From: Callorhinchus milii
Lineage: Eukaryota
Direction: 5' to 3'
NCBI RefSeq assembly: GCF_018977255.1
Contig: NW_024705425.1
Coordinates: 1-45,646, forward strand
DNA length: 45,646 bases
Below, piece by piece: positions 11,486 through 31,158 of this stretch. The notes beneath the pieces were generated by a model. It worked only from the letters and a program-made list of their open reading frames with translations, did not search any database and had not been told where the DNA came from. Position 1 is the stretch's first letter. Each line of letters opens with the position of its first letter. A program made the position numbers and the translations under genes.

Positions 11486-13977
11486 TATCCTGAGATAAGA
11501 GCTTTGAGACGTGTCGAAGACGTGATAAGGCGCTGTATCAATCGCAATTATTATTATGATTACTATTATTAATAACAGACCGCTCCGTGTGACATCTTCA
11601 TAGCCACTGGAAATCTCCTCTACCCATCAGTAGCAGTCACCCTCCTCTTTAAACCGGTGCGGAGCAGATGTCTCAATAACAAGCAGCGTTGTGTTGTTTT
11701 TCCGTTGATGAGCTTGTTTATGAGTTCACCGCTTCCCCTGGAGTGAGGGTGGCTGTGCAGTCACTTCTGTGCTGTATACACTTGTTCCTTTATATGTGAG
11801 AAGAAGGTCTTGAATAATCAGCCTCCCGCGTAAAACGAGGCTATGGGAGAATGCTGAAAACCTTCTCCTTCGACCATGCCTATGGTCACCTCCCCTCTCC
11901 CTCCCCTGGCTCGGCATCATGCTCCACCACTGTTAAGCGCGCTGTTAAACTATCCTAGAAACTATTCTACGTCGCTGCTGATGACAGAGCAGCCCGGCCT
12001 GGCTCATCAGCAGGACCCGGAAGGCCGGCCAGTCACTGGGGGTAGGGAATCCTCCCCCTCATCTCCTGTTAACCCTGCAGCCAAAGCCCTAACTAACGGG
12101 TAGGGTGGTCCTAGCTGGACAAGCAGTGGGAAAGCTGGCCAGACAGCGCTCTCAATGGGCAAGCTATGCAGTTAAGACTCCAGCAGTTACCCCAACGCAC
12201 AATCTGGGCTCCCCCCACCAAGCCTTGGCTCTTGCCGACCTCTGCCTAATACTCTCAAAGCGCTTCACAGGATACACTGTAAAGTGGAGTGAGTGTGTGT
12301 TTTGTGGGCGAAACGCGGGAGTCAATTGCGCCCAGCGACGTCCCCACAAACAGTCATGGATTGAGTGAGTGACCGAAATGCACTCACACACACACACAGG
12401 GCTGTGTTGGAGGGTGGGGCTGTGCGGGGGTGGGAGAGGGGCTGGGAGAAGGCAGACAGCCAGACAGCCAGACGAAAAATCTACCACTATACCTACTAAA
12501 CAAGATACTCTTTATGGTAAGTGTCAAGCGATGTGGAGCTCTGATAACTTAAAGCGAGTTCTTATCTCACATGGTAACCAGGGTTACCAATGGTGTCTCT
12601 TCACAAGGGGGAAACTAACAAATAACTTCCTGTTCTGTTTCAATTTTATTTTTCCACACACCACACGCACGGAAAGTCCCTCTGCCTGAAACCCCTCTGT
12701 AGCAAAATAATAATAATAATAATAATCCTTGCATTTGACTCAGCGCCTGATCGCATCGTCGAGACGCGTCAAAGCCCTTGACAGGTTATCGCGTAAAGTG
12801 TAGTGACTGTGTGTTTTGTGGGCCTAAACGCGGGAGCCAATCGAGCACGGCGACGTCCCCACAAACGGTCGGGGGATGAGTGGCCACGTTATTACAGGGA
12901 TTATTCAAAGGGATATCAACTCACGAGCGTAAACACAGGCACGTGTGCGTGTGTGCAGTAAGGAAACTTGCCTCAGGATTTGCGCTGTCCCGGCTTGGAA
13001 TTGAACCCGGCTCCACTTGCTTTCGAGGCGAGGGCTCTAACCACTGAGCTACAGGATGGCCCTGGATATTTTGAGGCAAGTATTGGAAGAGCAATGGCCC
13101 TGGTATCCCGAGACAAGTGGGAGAGTGAACGCGGACCCTCTGCACACAGCACCTTTATTCAATAACTGGATAAAAGTGTCTCAACTTGTGTTGCACGAAG
13201 CGTGTGCGGAGTTAGTTATCCACAAGATCCCGACTGCCGGTGCTGCCACCCTGTGGCTCGGTTGGGGGATTGCACCACAACAATTTGGTACGGCCACAAC
13301 GAACTACATTCGGACGTAATAATAACAATCCCCGCGTTTGACCCGGCGCCTTATCACCTTGTTGAGGCGTCTCAAAGCGCTTCACAGGATACGCTGTAAG
13401 GCGTAGCGACTGTGCGTTTTGTGGGTGAAATGCGGCAGCCAATGTAGCACAGCAACGTCCCATAAACAGCCGCGGAGTGGGTGACCACGTTATTATTTTT
13501 CTTGGGAGGGATTATCATTCCTGGGAAAGTGAACCGCCAATCGACTAACATGTGGGTTCCTACTTACTGCTAAACAGAGGCGTGTGGAGGAAGGAAACTT
13601 GCCCAACATTTTGCCCCGCCCGGAATCGAACTCGGGTCCCAAAGCGCGTCAAGGGGATTTACTGTCAAGTGCAGTGACTGTGTGTTTTTGCTGGGCAACC
13701 ACAGTAGCCACGTCCCACCAACAGCCGTGAGTGAGTGATCAATTTTATTCGGGAGATTATAATGATAATAGTGATCCTCGCATTAGATATGGCGCCATAT
13801 CACGTCGTTGAGACGTCTCGAAGCGCTTCGCAGGTTACACTGTAAAGTGTAGTGACTGGATTTTTGTGGGATTGTTGGCTAGGACACAGAGGGAGGGAGA
13901 GAGAGAGAGCGAGAGAGGGGGGATCTTTAATGTCCGCCAGGATAGACTCAATAGATTCAATAATAATAACTTTCGAA

Positions 13978-14465
13978 GGGGAATTGGGACTGTGGGATGG
14001 AGTTCCAGAGGGTGGGGGCAGAGAGGCTGAAGGCCCGACCACTGATGGTGGGGTGGGCCGGGCGGGGGACGTGGAGCAGGCCGGAGTCCGCTGAGCAGAA
14101 AGAGCAGACAAGTCGATAAGGCGTCAGCAGGTCCCAGAGGTAGGGAGGTGCGAGGCCGTGGAGGGCTTTGAAGGTGATCACAAGAGGGTGCCAGAGGAGG
14201 AGAGACAACAACAACTTTCATTTACACAGTGCCCCTCACTCAGGGTAATATCCCAGAGCCCTCGATGGCGACGGAGCACGACACAGAACGAGGGAGAGGG
14301 AGGTAACGTAAGCACTGTTCGAAGAGGACGATCTCCAGGCTCGGCCTGAGGATGGGGATGGAGGGACTGGGGGCAGAGAGTGACAGAGTTTGGGGGCGTA
14401 GTAGCTGAAAGCGCGGCTGCCGATGGTGGGGAGGAGGGCACGAGGGACATGCAGGAGGCCGGAGC
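13978..14465 (-). mobile_element. L2-type LINE 3' fragments
   Basis: Minus translation ITFKALHGLAPPYLWDLLTPY...SADSGLLHVPR...GRAFSLSAPTLWNSIP is typical of the L2 ORF2 C-terminus. Duplicated at ~22880-23370. Confidence 0.8.
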
Positions 14466-14477
14466 CAGTCGGGACAG

Positions 14478-14522
<45 letters not shown>

Positions 14523-16288
14523 AAGAAAAGGGACTTGTTCTCAGTAAACTTTATTTGCAATCTGCACGCACACGCATGCTTCCGTAACAAGAACAGCCTG
14601 GGAGAAAGTGCACGATCACGACGACAGCTCCGCGCAAAGCAAGTCAAACCCAACTCCGCCACACGTCAAGACACCCACGACAGAAACGCCAAGTGAAGAG
14701 AGAAAACTCGCGGCAGGAATCTCGAGCAACTTACTGGCACTTCAGTTAAAGACACAACACAACACGACACGAGAGAGCTTGCGCCTTTAATTGAGTTGTT
14801 CGGATCTGGAATAAGGAGATTCGATGACAACTTTCGAGAGAGAAGTGGATAGATATTTGGGGAGGACAAATTTGCGGGTCTGATTGGGGGGAGCGCGGGG
14901 AGTGGGATTAATTTGGACGGCTCTATCGAAGAGCCGGCACAGCCACGATGGGCCGAATGACCTCCTTCTGTGCTGTATAATTCTATGATACAGCGCCTCA
15001 TCACGTCCTCGAGACGTCTCAAAGCGCTTCATAGGATACGCTGCAAAGTGGAGTGACTGTGTCGATTTTGTGGACGAAACGCGACAGCCAATTGCGCGCG
15101 GCAAGCGTCCCACAAACAGTCGTGGGCTGAGTGCCCCAGTTTTATTTTATTTTTTGAGGGATTATTATTATGATTATTGTCTGTGTGACATCTTTCATTC
15201 CCACCTGGATTGAGTGAGAGTGAGTGAGTGAGTGAGTGAGTGAGTGAGTGAGTGAGTGAGTGAGAGTGAGAAAGAGAGAGAGAGAACAAGAAAAGGCTTT
15301 TATAACGGAGTTGGTCGAGGCAGCATCTGAAACAAACCACTGCAGGTATTTTGTTCCCTGCCTGCAAAGCGTTTTAGCCAACCCGCATTGCTGTCAACTG
15401 AAGAGATTTAGCTGGACACGTTCAGCCACAGCCGAGGTGCTTTGGAGTTGAGTAATATCAATTGGCAATTGGCTTGTGGGAACCGCTAATTGGGTCAGTG
15501 CATCACTAAAACAACTCAACGCCCGTGAGAGAGCAACATGGCGCTTCGCGGGCAGAGGAACGCAACGACAACTTGCATTTACACAGCGTCCCTCAAGCAG
15601 TGTAGCGTCCCAGAGCGCGTGACACTGGTGAAGCCTGACGCTGAGCCGGGTGGGGTGGGGGGGGGGGGGGGGTGATCACAAGCACGGTCAAAGAGGAAGG
15701 TCTTCAGGCACGACCTGAAGATGGGGAAGGAAGGTGGAGGGATTTGGGGGGTGGGGGGGGGGTTGAAGAGGGAGTGACAGACTTTCGGGGAGTAGTGGCT
15801 GAAAGCAGGGCAGCCGACGGTGGAGCGGAAGAGGGTACGAGGGACAAGCAGGAGGCACAGCAAAGCCGTACTCCGCGATCTCGCTGCGAGATCCCGTAAA
15901 GTATTTAAAAAACACCACATGCGTACAGCACTTTGAGAGCACATTACCACATCACCCACGGAGGTAAAGGTAAGGTAACCTTGCACTGACTGGGAGAGGT
16001 AGAGGCACAGCTGAACAGCCTGCACTGAAGCTCACATACCCACGTGGCACTCTGTGTGTTAGGTATCAAGGGTGGGAGACACTGTACCACAAGCCTGACT
16101 GACAGCTTACACATGCAAACAGGTTTAGTCGCCTTAAACACAATGCTTTCACGACTCCAGTTTCTATTGCATGCAGTCACACTGTCTGACTGTATACACA
16201 GGGAGGCTATACACACGCACACACGCGAGTGTGTCAGTCAACATCTATCTCTCTGGCACTGACCGCTTTACACGCCTGCCTGTGACTG

Positions 16289-17850
<1,562 letters not shown>

Positions 17851-18979
17851 AGGGAAGAGAGCGGAGGGGAGGGTGGGGGGAGGGAAGGAAGAGGGGAGGA
17901 GAGGAGAGAGAGAGGAAGAGAGGGGAGGAGAGAGGAGATGGGAGAGAGGAGGAGAGGACAGAGGGGAAGAGAGAAGAGTCAGGAAAGGGTGAGGAGACAA
18001 TAAATAATCCTTGGGTTTGACCTGGCGCCTGATCACGTCATCGAGACGTCTCAAAACACTTCACAGGATACACTGTAAAGTGTAGTAACTGTGTGTTTTG
18101 AGGGCGAAAAGCGGCAGCCAACTGCGCCCAGCGACGTCCCCACAAACAGCCGTGGGTTGAGTGGGAGGGATTATTACCCCCTCCCCCACCAATCGACTAA
18201 CAAGCGGGTTCCTACTTACTACTGGCAAACAGAGGCGTGTGTGTGAGTGTGTGCGTGTGTGTGAGTGTGTGTGTGTGTGTGTGTGAGTGTGTGTGCGTGT
18301 GTGTGGGGAGTAAGGAAACTTGCCCAGCGTTTCACCCTATACTGTCCCGCCCGACCGGGAATCGAATCCGGGTCCCCTCGCTTGCGAGGCGAGGGCTCTG
18401 TCGGGACAAGCCCAGCTTGGGAGATGCTCTGTGCCGGGAGTCAACCAGGTCAGGACATGCTACGAAGCCCCGAGCTCCGTCACATCACAGCACTCACGTC
18501 TGACTGGAGAGGGAGCCCAGCGTGAGCAAGAGAAACAGACTGTGTGGAGGAGGCAGATCACAACAACTTGCATTTACACGGCGCCCCTCACACAGGACAG
18601 TGTCTCGGAGCCTGACGTCGAGCCGGAAAAAAGTGACCATAAGCACGGTCGAAGAGGAAGGTCGACCTGAAGATGGGGTAGGAGGGAGGGGGCAAAGCAA
18701 AGGGATCGAGGGAGAGAGGCTCCGACCTCCTGCTTGTCCCTCGTCCCCTCCGCTCCACCATCGGCGGCCGTGCTTTCAGCCGCTACCCCCCGAAACTCTG
18801 TCTCTCTCTCCCCCAATCCCGCATCCTCGCCCCCCCGCCCCCACTCCTTCCCTCTTTCAGATCATGACTGAAGACCTTCCTCTTCGACCGTGCTTCCAGT
18901 CACCTCCCCACTCCAACACTTTCAAGCGCTCTGGGACACTGCCCTGCGTGAACGGCGCTGGGTAAATGCATGTTAGAAA

Positions 18980-19330
18980 CCTAGAAACAGGAGGAGGCCA
19001 TTCAGCCCTCGAGCCTGTTCCACTATTCTGTAAGACCATGGCTGATCTGTACCTCAACTCCAATTACCCCACTTTTGCCCCTTATCCCTTGATCCCCTGA
19101 CCTAACAAACATCTCTCCACCTCAGTCTGGACAATGTGAATGGATCCACAGCCATAATCCACAGCCTTTTGGGGCAGAGAGTTCCAGATTCCCACTCCCC
19201 TTTGTGTGTGTGTCTGTGTGTGAAAAACTGCCCCTGATTTCACTCCTAAACAGCCTGGCTCTAATTTTGAGCTCATGCCCCCCATCCCCTGTTCTGGATT
19301 CCCCCACCCACCAGAGGAAACAGTTTCTCT
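18980..19330 (-). mobile_element. CR1-type LINE 3' fragment
   Basis: Minus translation includes GHELKIRARLFRSEIR and VGIWNSLPQKAV. Confidence 0.7.
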
Positions 19331-22300
19331 GTAGCTACCGCATCCAATCCCTTTAGCATTGCCGGAGTCCTGTAGCTCAGTGACTAGAGCGCTCGCCTCG
19401 CAAGCGAGAGGACCCGGGTTCGATTCCCAGGCAGGGCGAAACCTTAGGCAGGTTTCCTTAGTAGTGCACACGCCTCTGTTCACCGAGCAGTAAATAGGAA
19501 CCCAGTAGATTGGCGGATCGAAGCTAAAGATAATATTAATTTGGTCACTCAAATCTGAGGTTGTATGTGGGAAACCGCTGTGCAAAACTGGCTGCCGTGT
19601 TTTTCCCGAGAAAGCGCTTCACAGGTAACAGTTTAGAGGAAGCTTTACTGTGTCTCTAACCCTGACCCGGGAGTGTGGACAGTGTAGAGGAGCTTTACTG
19701 TGTCTCTAACCCTGACCTGGGAGTGTGGACGGACAGTATTCACTGTCTTACATTACTGACTGCTGAGAGCTCTCACTGGAATCCACCCAGAGAGGCCACA
19801 GGTGATAAGCATTGCTCACAGCACAGCCCGGTAGCATTGTTTCCATGGTGCCTGTTATTTAAGGTCAGAGAGGACCTGGAAGATAGCTTGGAGCTACTCC
19901 ACTTGTTTATAAAGTGAGTTGAAGCACACAGACTCCTCTGATGGCCAGTTTAATTGGAGTCCTGTAGCTCAGTGGTTAGAGCACTCGCCTCGCAAGCGAG
20001 AGGTCCCGGGTTTGATTTCCCGCCGGGTAGAGCGAAACCTTAGGCGGGTATCCTGTGGTATATTGTGGAGTCCTGTAGCTCAGTGGTTAGAGCACTCGCT
20101 TTGCGAGAGAGAGACCTGAGTGCAATTCCAGACAGAGGGCGAAACCTCGGGCAAGTTTCCTTACTCCACACAGAGCCTAATAATAATCCTCCAAAACAAA
20201 AAACAATAACAAATTGGTCATTTTCAATCTACGACTGTCTGTGGGGCATCGCTGTGCGCAATTGGCTGCCGCGTTCGCCCACAAATATACAGTCACTTCA
20301 CTTTACAGTGTGTTCTGTGAAGCGCTTTGGGACGTCCTCCCGACGTGAAAAGCGCTATATCAAAATGCAAGGATTATTATTATTTTATCCTGAGATAAGA
20401 GCTTTGAGACGTGTCGAAGACGTGATAAGGCGCTGTATCAATCGCAATTATTATTATGATTACTATTATTAATAACAGACCGCTCCGTGTGACATCTTCA
20501 TAGCCACTGGAAATCTCCTCTACCCATCAGTAGCAGTCACCCTCCTCTTTAAACCGGTGCGGAGCAGATGTCTCAATAACAAGCAGCGTTGTGTTGTTTT
20601 TCCGTTGATGAGCTTGTTTATGAGTTCACCGCTTCCCCTGGAGTGAGGGTGGCTGTGCAGTCACTTCTGTGCTGTATACACTTGTTCCTTTATATGTGAG
20701 AAGAAGGTCTTGAATAATCAGCCTCCCGCGTAAAACGAGGCTATGGGAGAATGCTGAAAACCTTCTCCTTCGACCATGCGTATGGTCACCTCCCCTCTCC
20801 CTCCCCTGGCTCGGCATCATGCTCCACCACTGTTAAGCGCGCTGTTAAACTATCCTAGAAACTATTCTACGTTGCTGCTGATGATAGAGCAGCCCGGCCT
20901 GGCTCATCAGCAGGACCCGGAAGGCCGGCCAGTCACTGGGGGTAGGGAATCCTCCCCCTCATCTCCTGTTAACCCTGCAGCCAAAGCCCTAACTAACGGG
21001 TAGGGTGGTCCTAGCTGGACAAGCAGTGGGAAAGCTGGCCAGACAGCGCTCTCAATGGGCAAGCTATGCAGTTAAGACTCCAGCAGTTACCCCAACGCAC
21101 AATCTGGGCTCCCCCCACCAAGCCTTGGCTCTTGCCGACCTCTGCCTAATACTCTCAAAGCGCTTCACAGGATACACTGTAAAGTGGAGTGAGTGTGTGT
21201 TTTGTGGGCGAAACGCGGGAGTCAATTGCGCCCAGCGACGTCCCCACAAACAGTCATGGATTGAGTGAGTGACCAAAATGCACTCACACACACACACAGG
21301 GCTGTGTTGGAGGGTGGGGCTGTGCGGGGGTGGGAGAGGGGCTGGGAGAAGGCAGACAGCCAGACAGCCAGACGAAAAATCTACCACTATACCTACTAAA
21401 CAAGATACTCTTTATGGTAAGTGTCAAGCGATGTGGAGCTCTGATAACTTAAAGCGAGTTCTTATCTCACATGGTAACCAGGGTTACCAATGGTGTCTCT
21501 TCACAAGGGGGAAACTAACAAATAACTTCCTGTTCTGTTTCAATTTTATTTTTCCACACACACACACGCACGGAAAGTCCCTCTGCCTGAAACCCCTCTG
21601 TAGCAAAATAATAATAATAATAATAATCCTTGCATTTGACTCAGCGCCTGATCGCATCGTCGAGACGCGTCAAAGCCCTTGACAGGTTATCGCGTAAAGT
21701 GTAGTGACTGTGTGTTTTGTGGGCCTAAACGCGGGAGCCAATTGAGCACGGCGACGTCCCCACAAACGGTCGGGGGATGTGTGGCCACGTTATTACAGGG
21801 ATTATTCAAAGGGATATCAACTCACGAGCGTAAACACAGGCACGTGTGCGTGTGTGCAGTAAGGAAACTTGCCTCAGGATTTGCCCTGTCCCGGCTTGGA
21901 ATTGAACCCGGCTCCACTTGCTTTCGAGGCGAGGGCTCTAACCACTGAGCTACAGGATGGCCCTGGATATTTTGAGGCAAGTATTGGAAGAGCAATGGCC
22001 CTGGTATCCCGAGACAAGTGGGAGAGTGAACGCGGACCCTCTGCACACAGCACCTTTATTCAATAACTGGATAAAAGTGTCTCAACTTGTGTTGCACGAA
22101 GCGTGTGCGGAGTTAGTTATCCACAAGATCCCGACTGCCGGTGCTGCCACCCTGTGGCTCGGTTGGGGGATTGCACCACAACAATTTGGTACGGCCACAA
22201 CGAACTACATTCGGACGTAATAATAACAATCCCCGCGTTTGACCCGGCGCCTTATCACCTTGTTGAGGCGTCTCAAAGCGCTTCACAGGATACGCTGTAA

Positions 22301-23380
22301 GGCGTAGCGACTGTGCGTTTTGTGGGTGAAATGCGGCAGCCAATGTAGCACAGCAACGTCCCATAAACAGCCGCGGAGTGAGTGACCACGTTATTATTTT
22401 TCTTGGGAGGGATTATCAGTCCTGGGAAAGTGAACCGCCAATCGACTAACATGTGGGTTCCTACTTACTGCTAAACAGAGGGGTGTGGAGGAAGGAAACT
22501 TGCCCAACATTTTGCCCCGCCCGGAATCGAACTCGGGTCCCAAAGCGCGTCAAGGGGATTTACTGTCAAGTGCAGTGACTGTGTGTTTTTGCTGGGCAAC
22601 CACAGTAGCCACGTCCCACCAACAGCCGTGAGTGAGTGATCAATTTTATTCGGGAGATTATAATGATAATAGTGATCCTCGCATTAGATATGGCGCCATA
22701 TCACGTCGTTGAGACGTCTCGAAGCGCTTCGCAGGTTACACTGTAAAGTGTAGTGACTGGATTTTTGTGGGATTGTTGGCTAGGACACAGAGGGAGGGAG
22801 AGAGAGAGAGCGAGAGAGGGGGGGATCTTTAATGTCCGCCAGGATAGACTCAATAGATTCAATAATAATAACTTTCGAAGGGGAATTGGGACTGTGGGAT
22901 GGAGTTCCAGAGGGTGGGGGCAGAGAGGCTGAAGGCCCGACCACTGATGGTGGGGTGGGCCGGGCGGGGGACGTGGAGCAGGCCGGAGTCCGCTGAGCAG
23001 AAAGAGCAGACAAGTCGATAAGGCGTCAGCAGGTCCCAGAGGTAGGGAGGTGCGAGGCCGTGGAGGGCTTTGAAGGTGATCACAAGAGGGTGCCAGAGGA
23101 GGAGAGACAACAACAACTTTCATTTACACAGTGCCCCTCACTCAGGGTAATATCCCAGAGCCCTCGATGGCGACGGAGCACGACACAGAACGAGGGAGAG
23201 GGGAGGTAACGTAAGCACTGTTCGAAGAGGACGATCTCCAGGCTCGGCCTGAGGATGGGGATGGAGGGACTGGGGGCAGAGAGTGACAGAGTTTGGGGGC
23301 GTAGTAGCTGAAAGCGCGGCTGCCGATGGTGGGGAGGAGGGCACGAGGGACATGCAGGAGGCCGGAGCCAGTCGGGACAG

Positions 23381-23425
<45 letters not shown>

Positions 23426-23452
23426 AAGAAAAGGGACTTGTTCTCAGTAAAC

Positions 23453-23458
23453 TTTATT
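23453..23458 (-). terminator. Candidate polyadenylation signal (AATAAA) for NUDT16
   Basis: tttatt on plus, ~1.7 kb past the NUDT16 stop. Also present at 14550-14555 in the duplicate. Confidence 0.35.
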
Positions 23459-25169
23459 TGCAATCTGCACGCACACGCATGCTTCCGTAACAAGAACAGC
23501 CTGGGAGAAAGTGCACGATCACGACGACAGCTCTGCGCAAAGCAAGTCAAACCCAACTCCGCCACACGTCAAGACACCCACGACAGAAACGCCAAGTGAA
23601 GAGAGAAAACTCGCGACAGGAATCTCGAGCAACTTACTGGCACTTCAGTTAAAGACACAACACAACACAACACGACACGAGAGAGCTTGCGCCTTTAATT
23701 GAGTTGTTCGGATCTGGAATAAGGAGATTCGATGGCAACTTTCGAGAGAGAAGTGGATAGATATTTGGGGAGGACAAATTTGCGGGTCTGATTGGGGGGA
23801 GCGCGGGGAGTGGGATTAATTTGGACGGCTCTATCGAAGAGCCGGCACAGCCACGATGGGCCGAATGACCTCCTTCTGTGCTGCATAATTCTACGATACA
23901 GCGCCTCATCACGTCCTCGAGACGTCTCAAAGCGCTTCATAGGATACGCTGCAAAGTGGAGTGACTGTCGATTTTGTGGACGAAACGCGACAGCCAATTG
24001 CGCGCGGCAAGCGTCCCACAAACAGTCGTGGGCTGAGTGCCCCAGTTTTATTTTATTTTTTGAGGGATTATTATTATGATTATTGTCTGTGTGACATCTT
24101 TCATTCCCACCTGGATTGAGTGAGAGTGAGTGAATGAGTGAGTGAGAGTGAGAAAGAGAGAGAGAACAAGAAAAGGCTTTTATAATGGAGTTGGTCGAGG
24201 TAGCATCTGAAACAAACCACTGCAGGTATTTTGTTCCCTGCCTGCAAAGCGTTTTAGCCAACCCGCATTGCTGTCAACTGAAGAGATTTAGCTGGACACG
24301 TTCAGCCACAGCCGAGGTGCTTTGGAGTTGAGTAATATCAATTGGCAATTGGCTTGTGGGAACCGCTAATTGGGTCAGTGCATCACTAAAACAACTCAAC
24401 GCCCGTGAGAGAGCAACATGGCGCTTCGCGGGCAGAGGAACAGCAACGACAACTTGCATTTACACAGCGTCCCTCAAGCAGTGTAGCGTCCCAGAGCGCG
24501 TGACACTGGTGAAGCCTGACGCTGAGCCGGGTGGGGTGGGGGGGGGGGGGGGGTGATCACAAGCACGGTCAAAGAGGAAGGTCTTCAGGCACGACCTGAA
24601 GATGGGGAAGGAAGGTGGAGGGATTTGGGGGGTGGGGGGGGGGTTGAAGAGGGAGTGACAGACTTTCGGGGAGTAGTGGCTGAAAGCAGGGCAGCCGACG
24701 GTGGAGCGGAAGAGGGTACGAGGGACAAGCAGGAGGCACAGCAAAGCCGTACTCCGCGATCTCGCTGCGAGATCCCGTAAAGTATTTAAAAAACACCACA
24801 TGCGTACAGCACTTTGAGAGCACATTACCACATCACCCACGGAGGTAAAGGTAAGGTAACCTTGCACTGACTGGGAGAGGTAGAGGCACAGCTGAACAGC
24901 CTGCACTGAAGCTCACATACCCACGTGGCACTCTGTGTGTTAGGTATCAAGGGTGGGAGACACTGTACCACAAGCCTGACTGACAGCTTACACATGCAAA
25001 CAGGTTTAGTCGCCTTAAACACAATGCTTTCACGACTCCAGTTTCTATTGCATGCAGTCACACTGTCTGACTGTATACACAGGGAGGCTATACACACGCA
25101 CACACGCGAGTGTGTCAGTCAACATCTATCTCTCTGGCACTGACCGCTTTACACGCCTGCCTGTGACTG

Positions 25170-29780
<4,611 letters not shown>

Positions 29781-29949
29781 TTCTAACCTCCAGCAACCAA
29801 CGTCAACAGCCACTGAACCTCTGAAAACCACCACTAAACCGCTGAAAACCGCCACAAAAACCAACGTCAACCGCCACGAAACCGCTCCTCACGGTCACCA
29901 ACCGCCACAACTGCCACTAACGGCCGCTCACGCGCCCCCTCAGTGGACC

Positions 29950-30565
29950 GGCGCTGACTAACAGGCAAACCGGCCAATCGCGTGGCCGCATTCTTCCCGC
30001 CTCCCCTCACGAGCCGGTGGGCGGAGGTCGTCGCTCTTCCAGCGGCGGCGGCGGCGGTGGGGTGATTAATTGATTGACAGCCGCGGCGCCCAATGGAAAG
30101 CCACGCTGGGGGGGGTTTGGGTAATTGACAGCCCCGCCGATCCAATCAGGAGCGACAGCCAACCAATCCCGTGCTTGCGCGTCATAACACCCGCCTCCCA
30201 CCCGAGGGGGGGGGAGTGTGGAGGGGGGGTGGAACAAGGAGGGTGATTGATAGGCTTACAGTCCAATCAGAAGCCAGGTACTCAAGACAGCCGGCAAATG
30301 GCGAGCCAGGATACTGTCTAAAGCCCGCCTACTAGGCGGACCTTCATACGTCAACGGGGGAAAGAGATTGACAGGTACACTACCCAATCAGAAGCCAGAG
30401 AAATCGGGAAGCGCGATTGACAGGCAAACAGCCCAATCAGGAGCCAGGCAGACGGCAGGCCAATGGCGAGCCTGGAAGCTTGCCGGAGGCCCGCCTACTG
30501 GGCGGAACAACCCCGCGTCAATGTGGAAATGATTGACTAGCACTCTACCCAATCAGGAGCCAGGC
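29950..30565 (-). promoter_or_regulatory. NUDT16 CpG-rich TATA-less promoter with CCAAT and TGATTGACAG motifs
   Basis: CCAAT at 29974, 30090, 30142, 30163, 30263, 30384, 30433, 30460, 30549; TGATTGACAG at 30071-30080; GC boxes. Confidence 0.7.
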
Positions 30566-30570
30566 AATTG

Positions 30571-30602
<32 letters not shown>

Positions 30603-30699
30603 GGCCAAAAGTGTAGTGACTGTGTGTTTTGTGGGCGAAACGTGGCAGCCAGTGGCGACCAACGACGTCCCCTCAAACGGCCGTGGATTGACCGTCTGT

Positions 30700-31085
30700 G
30701 AGGGTCTCCAGCCCCCGGTTCCTGAGCCGGGAGGGGCCGCAGTGTTCCAGGGCAGGGAATCCCCCCCTCAGCTCCCGTTAGCCCCACAGCCAAAGCCCTC
30801 ACTCACTCACTCACTAACGGGGAGGGGGGTCCCGGCTCGACAACCACGGGAACGCTCGGCCAGACAGCGCTCGCTCGCTCTCTCTCTCTCTCAATGGCCG
30901 AGCTGTGTGGGTTCAGCTGGTTAGACCCCAGCAGTTACCCCCCAACCCACACTCTGGGCTCCCCCCCCCCCCACCACCCCGAGCCTCGGCTCTCCCCCAA
31001 CCTGCGCCTAATACTCTCCGGAATTAGGTAAGCAGAGGGCGTCCCTCCAGGGAGAGAGAGGGAGAGAGAGAGCGTCCCATTCCGA
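30700..31085 (+). mobile_element. Second, unclassified interspersed repeat family
   Basis: The motif GGTTAGACYCCAGCAGTTACCCC...CCTAATACTCTCCGGAATTAGGTAAGC...GTCCCATT is shared with ~4415-4630 (-), ~11990-12255, ~34050-34110 and ~42686-42846 (-). Confidence 0.65.
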
Positions 31086-31158
31086 CAGTCTATCTCTGGG
31101 GTTCCCGGGTGTGGGGGGATGTGGGGAACTCTCAGTCGGGGTTCGGAGACTCTTAAGC

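Noticed and set aside
21957..22220. 87-aa ORF MALDILRQVLEEQWPW... (also 13056-13319)
   Set aside because: No recognisable domain or splice context; it begins at a SINE edge, and the second copy comes from the segmental duplicate.
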